A stretch of DNA of 44,982 nucleotides from positions 1-44,982 of the IMG/VR virus record IMGVR_UViG_3300045988_064885, one strand, 5' to 3'. Below are positions 37,929 to 44,982 of this stretch, piece after piece; the stretch's first letter is position 1; each line of letters begins with the position of its first letter. This DNA is from a virus. Made by a program: the position numbers and the translations under genes. The notes beneath the pieces are model-generated. The model did not search any database, was not told the origin of the DNA, and saw nothing but the letters and a program-made list of their open reading frames with translations.

Positions 37929-38300
37929 ATGGCAAAGCAACAATTCAAAGCGCAAGCTGATATATGTAAAAAGTCGTTAGATGTATTACATAAGGCAATT
38001 GAACTCGATCCTGATAATACGGAAGAATACAACGCAGGTATCGCATACACAGAAAACGTTATGAAAGCCTCTAATGCCATTGTAAAAGCTTTTGATGTGG
38101 TTGAGCCTCCTAAGGCAGCTACGCCTAAAGAAAAAACGGAAGATGCGGCAAAGGAAGAAAAGCCAAAGCGTACCCGTAAGTCTAAAACAGCTAAAGAATC
38201 TACGCCAGTTGATAATGAACCTGCTACAGCCGAAACACAGCCAACGGTTGAGCCTAGTGTAGAAGATAACGCTGACCTCTTTGCTATGTTCGGCGACTAA
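37929..38300 (+). CDS. Hypothetical early protein (123 aa)
   Basis: An ORF coupled to the upstream gene, with a lysine/acidic-rich C-terminal half. Confidence 0.5.
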   Translation: MAKQQFKAQADICKKSLDVLHKAIELDPDNTEEYNAGIAYTENVMKASNAIVKAFDVVEPPKAATPKEKTEDAAKEEKPKRTRKSKTAKESTPVDNEPATAETQPTVEPSVEDNADLFAMFGD

Positions 38301-38315
38301 AAGGAGGTATTCACT

Positions 38316-39965
38316 GTGGAGATTGTATCCAGTACCTATATTCACAAAATGTTCGATAGCGTAATTCTAGAGGCTCCTTATGGAGCAGAATACACAACTG
38401 TCCACCATATCGACTGTGGGTTTACGTTTGGGGGTAGCTGGCAGCGTAAATATTCATATCATAATGGATATGTTACCGGTGCCAAATACTACACCTGTCC
38501 AAACTGCCAAACATCTTCCAATCCTTGTGATCATAAAATTTACTATTCCATTAGTGATGAGAAAGTATATCCTGTGACCGCTTATGTGGAGGTTATTAAT
38601 TACAAACATTTCTTAGATTTAAAAATTAGATACCAAGGCATACAGCTTTTCTTTGACGGTAGAAAAAACGACCACGGAATGTGTACGGAAACGTTGCGAT
38701 TCGACTTTAAGAAACGCAAGGCTATCTTCATTGATAGATTTAGAATCCGTTATGAATTGACTGTTGATTACATTCGTGAAAATGAGATTATGCCTATACT
38801 TAAATTCTTTGGTGATTCATACGCAATGACAGACTTTAACAGAAAATTTTTAAACAAAACATTCAAAGCATTAAGGTCTATGTTTGAAAAACGATTAAAG
38901 GAAACATATGGGTATGGCGCTAAGGATGTATATGTAGCTCCTGGTGCCACTGAAGACAACGGCTATCATTTTACGATGCTGCTTAATATGATTTTAAAAT
39001 TATCGGCACCGGATATGCCTAGTATTGTTAGCTTGATGAGACAGTATGTGCACTGGACTAATGCTTACTGCTTATATCGATATACAAATATTCCGTTTGA
39101 AGACGATGTATTGGCGGCTACAAGAAAGGGTATGAATTTTCAAGAAGCACTTAGACAATCATATAAGGCTCCCAATAGTAGAGCCTTGCGGAAGTGTATG
39201 GTTAATGATCCATTAAGCGTATATATGTCTGATGTTCTTAATCTCTTTGGTGATGAAAATTGTAGACGTACTATTCTAACGCTACAAAGAAGCTATGAAA
39301 GTGCTTGCCCTTATACAGGTAAGCTTCATAACGCTAATGATTTTCGTAAGGCGATGAAGTTAAATACACCTCACTCTAAGGACATGTGGCAGGAGCTAAT
39401 TAAGCGATGTGGTGAGCCAGCGGTATTGCGCTGGATGTTATCCGAAGACATTCGTGATATCGAAGATTGTGTAGATATGTACACAAAACTCGATGCAAAA
39501 TACCAAGATGTATTATGGACAAAACGATTCAAACTGAAGAACTTTCATGATGAAGTTATCAAAATCTTCAATAGGCAAGAGTACGGCGACGTAATGCTTC
39601 CGGAGGTTCCTCAATTACAAGCGGATGTAAACGGAATGCATTTTATGGTCCCAAGAACTGCAGCAGATTTAATGACTGCTGGTAAACGGTTAAAAAATTG
39701 TGTTGGCTCATACCGAGATAGAGTCATGAAAGGAACTACGGCAATAGTGCTAGTTACTGATGATGCTATGAAGCCGGTTGCATGCCTAGAATTGGCCAAT
39801 AAGGGTAAGAAGAAAGGTCGTCAAATATTTGACTTAGTACAGGCTAAGCTCTTTGCTAATGAAATGCTTAAAAAGAATGCTCATATTAATTCGACGGTTA
39901 TGCAATGGGCCAATCAATTAAAGATTGAACCGCATACCATCGATGTGGATGCCACTGTTGTATAG
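38316..39965 (+). CDS. PcfJ-like protein (putative), N-terminal Zn-ribbon-like motif
   Basis: GTG follows AAGGAGG. The C-terminal segment GKRLKNCVGSYRDRVMKGTTAIVLV resembles the PcfJ-like domain core. A YTCPNCQ motif lies near the N-terminus. Confidence 0.5.
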   Translation: MEIVSSTYIHKMFDSVILEAPYGAEYTTVHHIDCGFTFGGSWQRKYSYHNGYVTGAKYYTCPNCQTSSNPCDHKIYYSISDEKVYPVTAYVEVINYKHFLDLKIRYQGIQLFFDGRKNDHGMCTETLRFDFKKRKAIFIDRFRIRYELTVDYIRENEIMPILKFFGDSYAMTDFNRKFLNKTFKALRSMFEKRLKETYGYGAKDVYVAPGATEDNGYHFTMLLNMILKLSAPDMPSIVSLMRQYVHWTNAYCLYRYTNIPFEDDVLAATRKGMNFQEALRQSYKAPNSRALRKCMVNDPLSVYMSDVLNLFGDENCRRTILTLQRSYESACPYTGKLHNANDFRKAMKLNTPHSKDMWQELIKRCGEPAVLRWMLSEDIRDIEDCVDMYTKLDAKYQDVLWTKRFKLKNFHDEVIKIFNRQEYGDVMLPEVPQLQADVNGMHFMVPRTAADLMTAGKRLKNCVGSYRDRVMKGTTAIVLVTDDAMKPVACLELANKGKKKGRQIFDLVQAKLFANEMLKKNAHINSTVMQWANQLKIEPHTIDVDATVV

Positions 39966-39974
39966 GAGATCACT

Positions 39975-41882
39975 ATGAAACTCACAAAATTAGAATTACT
40001 AAATTTTAAAGGGCTAAAGTCATTTACCATAAATCTTAATGGCGATGTCGTAATCCGTGGTGATAATGCTACTGGTAAAACAACTGTATTTGACTCTGTG
40101 TGCTGGTTACTATTTGGCAAAGATAGCCTAGATAGGGCTGACTTTGAAATCAAAACATTGGATGGAGGAGAACCCATTCATAAAGTCAATCATGAAGTAA
40201 CAGGTACCTTTACTTTAGATGAAGGTGGCACAGTAGAACTCAAACGTGTGTATCGTGAAAAGTATTCATCCCCTCGTGGTGGTGAAGTAACTATGACAGG
40301 CCACACGACAGATTATTTTGTTGATGGTGTTCCTAAAAAAGAAAAAGAATACAAAGAAATGGTTAGTTCACTTGTCGATGAAAGCATCTTCAAATTAATT
40401 ACAAATCCATTGTATTTTAACGAAACGTACTCCTGGCAAAATCGTCGCAAGTTACTTTTGGAAATGTGCGGGGATATCTCAGACGAAGATGTTATCGCAA
40501 GCCATGATGAATTAAGACGATTGGCTGGACTGTTAGAGGGGAGAACAGTAGATGATCATCGTAAGGTGGTCGCAGCTAAGAAGACCGCCATAAATAAAGA
40601 GCTGGATATGATTCCAGTTCGCATTGATGAAGCTATGCGTAATAAACCTGAAATTACATCTGATAAAGCAAAACTCATTCGTGATATTGAAACCTTATCC
40701 GCTGGTATAGATGAAGTTGAAAAGCAAAAGGCAATTATTCAAAACGGGTTTAGTTCTACTGAAAAGGAATCTAAAATCCGTGATATTAACCGACAGTTAG
40801 AGGGGCAAAGCTCTAAAGTACTATCTGACTATCATAAACAAAAACAACGCTTGCGCGATGAATATGAAGCCTCTTTAACCAAACTAAAAATGGTGGAAGT
40901 AGACAGAGATAGATGTGCTGATAGACGAGATGAGCTCAATAAAGAAATTGAACGTGAGTCTAAACGCATTATAACCTTACAATCTGAATTTGATACGTTT
41001 AACGCACAACAATTCAATAAAGAATCTTGCCCTACTTGTGGCCAAGCACTACCCGCGGATAAGCAAGAGATTCTCGAGGCAGAGTTTAACACCAATAAAT
41101 CTAAGAAGCTTGAGGAGTGGAAAGGGCTTATTGAAAGTGCAGTAAAGCTTAAAGCAAACTATGAAGAGCAACAAGAAATTATGGTGTCAAAGATTGATAG
41201 TTTAACTACTGAGGCATCTCAATATAATGATGCTTACAATGTTAAATTTAAAGAATATGAGGCATACTCTGAGCCTAATCTTGAAGATGATCCAGTCTAT
41301 GCTGATTTGAAGGCTCAATTATTCTTACTAGAGATTGACGATGAACCAGGAGCTGATACTGAAAAACTTACTAAACTTGACGAAGAGTTGAGCTCTATGA
41401 AGTCTAAAAAAGCAGAGCTTGAGACTGAATTAAATAAATTTAAGCTTATTGATGATATTAACCATCGAATCTTTGAGTTAGAAAACCAACAAGAAAAGTT
41501 AGTGGCAGAAAAGAACGCACTTGATGAAGCGTCCTTCTTAATGGATGAATTCATTAAAGCAAAGGTCAACATGTTGGAAGAAAGCATTAATGCAAGGTTT
41601 AAACTAGCTCGATTCAAAATGTTTAATGTCATGTTGAATGGCAATGTAGAAGAATGTTGTGAAACTACCTATGAAGGAGTTCCATACCGCAGTATGAATA
41701 ATGCAGCACGTATTAATGTAGGGTTAGATATCATTAATGCACTAACAAGTTATTACAAAGTGAATGCTCCGGTATTCATCGATAATGCAGAAGCAGTAAC
41801 TGAATTCGTTCCAGTTAATAGTCAAACGATTAAGTTGATCGTTGATGAATCGAAACCGCAATTAACTGTTGAGGAGGTGTAG
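39975..41882 (+). CDS. SMC/Rad50/SbcC-like AAA ATPase with a coiled coil and a CxxC zinc hook
   Basis: Walker A is GDNATGKTT. A long coiled coil has a central CPTCGQ. The Walker B / D-loop region is APVFIDNAEAV. Confidence 0.75.
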   Translation: MKLTKLELLNFKGLKSFTINLNGDVVIRGDNATGKTTVFDSVCWLLFGKDSLDRADFEIKTLDGGEPIHKVNHEVTGTFTLDEGGTVELKRVYREKYSSPRGGEVTMTGHTTDYFVDGVPKKEKEYKEMVSSLVDESIFKLITNPLYFNETYSWQNRRKLLLEMCGDISDEDVIASHDELRRLAGLLEGRTVDDHRKVVAAKKTAINKELDMIPVRIDEAMRNKPEITSDKAKLIRDIETLSAGIDEVEKQKAIIQNGFSSTEKESKIRDINRQLEGQSSKVLSDYHKQKQRLRDEYEASLTKLKMVEVDRDRCADRRDELNKEIERESKRIITLQSEFDTFNAQQFNKESCPTCGQALPADKQEILEAEFNTNKSKKLEEWKGLIESAVKLKANYEEQQEIMVSKIDSLTTEASQYNDAYNVKFKEYEAYSEPNLEDDPVYADLKAQLFLLEIDDEPGADTEKLTKLDEELSSMKSKKAELETELNKFKLIDDINHRIFELENQQEKLVAEKNALDEASFLMDEFIKAKVNMLEESINARFKLARFKMFNVMLNGNVEECCETTYEGVPYRSMNNAARINVGLDIINALTSYYKVNAPVFIDNAEAVTEFVPVNSQTIKLIVDESKPQLTVEEV

Positions 41883-41884
41883 AT

Positions 41885-42655
41885 ATGAATGATTTACAGA
41901 TTTTTAAGAACGATACATTTGGCCAAGTTCGTATTTTAGAAAAAGATAATGAATTATGGTTTGTTGCAAAGGACGTCGCTGATACTCTCGGGTACCAAAA
42001 CGGTAGTCGAGATGTAAATCGACATACTGATGAAGAAGATAGAACAAAGACAATGGTGTTTGATGGTAATCAAAATAAAGAAACGATTTTAATTAATGAA
42101 AGCGGACTTTATTCCCTGGTACTATCCAGTAAACTACCAACGGCGAAACAATTTAAACGATGGGTTACGTCGGAAGTGATCCCACAAATTCGTAAGACTG
42201 GTGCGTATAGCATGAATATTCCCAAGTCATTGCCTGAAGCGTTAAGAGCCTATGCTAATGAAGTTGAGTTACACAATGCTACTAAAGCTATCGTGGCCCA
42301 ACAGGAGCAGCAGATTGCTGAATTTAAACCAGTAAAAGATTATGTAGATAAAATCTTATCTAGTAAATCCTGCTTGACTATCACTCAGATTGCCGCTGAC
42401 TACGGTATGAGCGCTCAAGAATTAAATAAAATCTTACATGAAGCTGGTTTACAACGTAAGGTCGGTGATCAATGGATTCTCTACAAGCAGCATATGTCTA
42501 AAGGGTTTACAAAATCCGAAACCTTTACGTTCTGCAGAAGTGATGGTCGCTTAGACTCTAAAATTACTACTAAATGGACCCAAAAGGGTCGTTTAGAAAT
42601 TCATAATATTTTATCTAAATTAGATATCCACGCTGTATGCGAAAACGTGGCATAG
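41885..42655 (+). CDS. Antirepressor-type protein (BRO-N domain plus KilAC/ANT C-terminal domain)
   Basis: The N-terminal segment LQIFKNDTFGQVRILEKDNELWFVAKDVADTLGY is BRO-N-like. The C-terminal segment LTITQIAADYGMSAQELNKILHEAGLQ is KilAC-like. Confidence 0.75.
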   Translation: MNDLQIFKNDTFGQVRILEKDNELWFVAKDVADTLGYQNGSRDVNRHTDEEDRTKTMVFDGNQNKETILINESGLYSLVLSSKLPTAKQFKRWVTSEVIPQIRKTGAYSMNIPKSLPEALRAYANEVELHNATKAIVAQQEQQIAEFKPVKDYVDKILSSKSCLTITQIAADYGMSAQELNKILHEAGLQRKVGDQWILYKQHMSKGFTKSETFTFCRSDGRLDSKITTKWTQKGRLEIHNILSKLDIHAVCENVA

Positions 42656-42665
42656 GAGGTACATA

Positions 42666-43538
42666 ATGGGTGAAGTAACAAAAGCACAAACTCAAACACC
42701 ATCGCTTAAAACTATGGTGTCTAGTGAGTCGGTAAAGAAACGTTTTAATGAAATCTTGGGTAAAAAATCAGCGGCCTTTGTGTCCAGCTTGATTTCTGTA
42801 TCTAATAATAATGAACTTTTATCAAAAGCAGACCCTACTACAGTTATTACTGCAGGTGTGATGGCAGCCACTTTAGATCTTCCAATCAACCAAAACCTTG
42901 GGTTTGCTTATATTGTTCCTTTCTACAATAGCAAGAAGAAAATTAATGAAGCTCAATTTCAAATGGGTTACAAAGGGTATATCCAGTTGGCCATGCGCAC
43001 AGGTCAATATAAGACCATTAATGCTAGTGAAATCTATGAAGGCGAAATTAAACACCATAATAAACTTACAGGCGAATTCGAATTGGGTGAGCGAACTGGT
43101 GATAATGTAGTTGGCTACATCGCTTATTTCAAACTAATTAATGGTTTTGAAAAGTATTTATATATGTCTAAAGAAGACGCTGAAGCACACGCTATAAAGT
43201 ATTCTCAAACATACAAAAAGGGTTTTGGCCTTTGGAAAACTGACTTTGACGCAATGGCTATCAAAACGGTACTCAAACGTTTGTTAAGTAAATATGGCAT
43301 TCTATCAGTAGAAATGCAGAGCATGGCTAATGCAATCTCTGTAGATGGCGCCGTCATTCGTGATAATAATGGCGAACTCACCCCTGATTTTGAAGGTGAA
43401 ACTATCGATGTTCAATCAGATGTGGCAGAAACCATTGCTAATAATGCAAATTCTGAAGCCATTGACATAGAACCTAGTCCTGCCAATGAGTTTGTTAATC
43501 CTGAAACTGGCGAAGCAGTTAATATGTTTGGTGATTAA
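42666..43538 (+). CDS. recT: RecT-family single-strand annealing recombinase
   Basis: DLPINQNLGFAYIVPF...QFQMGYKGYIQLAMRTGQYKTI is the characteristic RecT core. Confidence 0.8.
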   Translation: MGEVTKAQTQTPSLKTMVSSESVKKRFNEILGKKSAAFVSSLISVSNNNELLSKADPTTVITAGVMAATLDLPINQNLGFAYIVPFYNSKKKINEAQFQMGYKGYIQLAMRTGQYKTINASEIYEGEIKHHNKLTGEFELGERTGDNVVGYIAYFKLINGFEKYLYMSKEDAEAHAIKYSQTYKKGFGLWKTDFDAMAIKTVLKRLLSKYGILSVEMQSMANAISVDGAVIRDNNGELTPDFEGETIDVQSDVAETIANNANSEAIDIEPSPANEFVNPETGEAVNMFGD

Positions 43539-43540
43539 TT

Positions 43541-44263
43541 GTGATTAGCATTCAAGCATTCGGTAGTAGCTCCAAAGGGAATTGCTACCGAATCAAAACT
43601 TCAACCAATGGTGATGAACTGCTACTGGATGCAGGGCTATCCTTTAAAGAAATCCAACGGTATTGTAGATTTAACTTCTTGCATCTGTGTGGCGTATTAG
43701 TTACTCATGAACACGGGGATCATAGCAAAGCTGTCCACGATTTATTAAAGCTTGGCCACCGTGTATATATGTTAAAAGATACTGCGGATGCGTTATATGT
43801 AGCAGGACATCACAAAGCCATCTATATTACCCCAAAAGTTCAATTTACGATAGGTAATTTTAGTATTCTACCTTTTGAATTAGAACATGATGTTCCTAAT
43901 GTTGGATTTTTAATTTCTGACGGTGAAGATAAACTCTTATATATTACCGACACCTATTATTGTCGGTACACATTTAAAGATGTGAATCACATTATGGTCG
44001 AGTGTAATCATTCTTATGAAATCCTGAACCAACGTGTTGACGATGGATGCCTACATGAGAAACGCATGGAACGATTAATTCAATCCCATTTTTCGTTAGA
44101 GAATGTTATTAAATTTCTAAAGTCTATGGACCTTACTAAGTGCCAAGACATTCGACTACTTCATTTATCTGATGAAAACTCTGATGCAGCTATGTTTAAG
44201 CAAGCTGTTGAAGCTGCCACCGGTAAATATGTAGTCGTAGAACAAGAAAGGTGTCCATTATGA
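43541..44263 (+). CDS. Metallo-beta-lactamase-fold hydrolase (probable nuclease partner of RecT)
   Basis: It carries the HxHxDH motif THEHGDH and lies immediately after recT. Confidence 0.7.
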   Translation: MISIQAFGSSSKGNCYRIKTSTNGDELLLDAGLSFKEIQRYCRFNFLHLCGVLVTHEHGDHSKAVHDLLKLGHRVYMLKDTADALYVAGHHKAIYITPKVQFTIGNFSILPFELEHDVPNVGFLISDGEDKLLYITDTYYCRYTFKDVNHIMVECNHSYEILNQRVDDGCLHEKRMERLIQSHFSLENVIKFLKSMDLTKCQDIRLLHLSDENSDAAMFKQAVEAATGKYVVVEQERCPL

Positions 44264-44697
44264 TTGTTAAATCTATTCAAATTACAGATAACGATATCAA
44301 TATCGCCTATCAGAAACCATCTGCTACAGGCTTGACCGATGTCTTTACCATTAAATCTAAAGATGATCCACGACCTGAACTCATGCAAGCCTTCAGCCGA
44401 CTACAGGCTATTATGAAAAAGAACTTTGAATTCCTGGAAGAGTTTAATATCCCGTTTGTCGTAAGACAATTCAAGTTTAAATATGGCGTTATCGATGACG
44501 TGGTGGAGAAAGTCAGCGTTGAAGGCATTATACAAGATGCAACCTCAACTGATGAACTGAAGTTTAAGACCGATTGGTTACCGGTAGAATATGCAGACCG
44601 TACATTCGCTATTTCAGTACAAGACTTGATTGATGAATGCATTAAGTTTATTATGGGACGTCGAGCCCAGGATAGTTTATTTGTAGATGAGGAATGA
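44260..44697 (+). CDS. Hypothetical protein (145 aa)
   Basis: ATG 44260 has an ATGA overlap with the upstream stop; no motif was recognised. Confidence 0.5.
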   Translation: MIVKSIQITDNDINIAYQKPSATGLTDVFTIKSKDDPRPELMQAFSRLQAIMKKNFEFLEEFNIPFVVRQFKFKYGVIDDVVEKVSVEGIIQDATSTDELKFKTDWLPVEYADRTFAISVQDLIDECIKFIMGRRAQDSLFVDEE

Positions 44698-44700
44698 TGA

Positions 44701-44982
44701 ATGGCCAAGGATGTATATTACTTCAGCCACGATGTTAATGCGAGCAATGATCCTAAAATCGTGGCAATGGAGTCAGAGTTTGGGGTTATTTCATATGCCT
44801 GGTGGTGGAAATTAATTGAAAAACTAGCTTCATCTGAGGACTACAGACTGCCTTTTAAAAAATACACATTTATAGCTCTCGATAAAGAACTAGGAATTTT
44901 GAACGAAAATGAACGACCGTTGAACGAAAATGAACGACCGTTGAACGAAAATGAACGACCGTTGAACGAAAATGAACACACT
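44701..44982 (+). CDS. Replisome organiser, 5' part (DUF4373/Lin1244-like N-terminus); continues at nt 2..751 across the circular junction
   Basis: ATG 44701. The segment YYFSHDVNASNDPKIVAMESEFGVISYAWWWKLIEKL is typical of phage replisome-organiser N-termini. The frame enters the iteron repeat without a stop. Confidence 0.6.
   Translation, partial: MAKDVYYFSHDVNASNDPKIVAMESEFGVISYAWWWKLIEKLASSEDYRLPFKKYTFIALDKELGILNENERPLNENERPLNENERPLNENEHT
44889..44982 (+). repeat. Terminal direct repeat, right copy (identical to 1-94)
   Basis: Base-by-base comparison of both window ends gives a 94/94 match. Confidence 0.95.

Larger units (their letters stand above)
1..44982. mobile_element. Complete temperate contractile-tailed phage / excised prophage genome, circularly permuted (unit length 44,888 bp)
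   Basis: nt 1-94 = nt 44889-44982. A full set of replication, packaging, head, tail, lysis, integration, immunity and recombination modules is present, with no flanking bacterial housekeeping genes. Confidence 0.85.

Overview
The window is one complete, circularly permuted temperate phage or excised prophage genome. Nt 1-94 are identical to nt 44889-44982, giving a unit length of 44,888 bp, and one gene runs across that junction. All family names below come from motif recognition by eye and from gene order; no database search was run.

Gene order:
- Replication: DnaD-like replisome organiser with in-gene iterons, DnaC-like helicase loader, RusA-like resolvase.
- Late regulator, followed by a promoter-leader-terminator unit.
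- Lambda-like packaging and head module: Nu1-like TerS, GpA-like TerL interrupted by an intein, gpW, portal, S49/ClpP-type protease with a nested scaffold start, decoration protein, gpE-like capsid.
- P2/Mu-like contractile tail and baseplate: sheath, tube, frameshifted chaperone pair, tape measure, X, D, V, U, W, J, I, fibre.
- A minus-strand tyrosine recombinase embedded in the late operon, then a collagen-like second fibre.
- Lysis cassette: XhlA-like protein, holin, amidase, and two fully overlapping spanin-like ORFs.
- Two promoter/terminator-bounded accessory cassettes.
- attP with a tRNA 3' fragment, and the integrase.
- Lysogeny operon: cI-like repressor, ImmA-like protease, and a GHKL-ATPase/STAS-like protein.
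- Cro-like early operon carrying a YadA-type trimeric autotransporter adhesin.
- Recombination module: Rad50/SbcC-like ATPase, RecT, MBL-fold protein.

The outer-membrane adhesin and the spanin-like genes suggest a diderm Firmicute host (Negativicutes, e.g. Veillonella). This is inference only.

Most notable observations:
1. A tail-fibre C-terminus switching locus. Two promoterless, start-less inverted cassettes are bounded by 11-13 bp inverted repeats that lie in codon phase with the expressed fibre gene. A tyrosine recombinase, not a serine one, sits directly next to them.
2. A GHKL-ATPase protein with a STAS-like (DUF4325-type) C-terminus inserted in the lysogeny operon between the ImmA-like gene and the integrase. 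A strong antisense promoter with a double terminator lies just upstream of it.
3. A class-3-type (Ala1, W-C-T) LAGLIDADG intein splitting the terminase P-loop.
4. A phage-borne trimeric autotransporter adhesin.
5. Dual-frame lysis ORFs.
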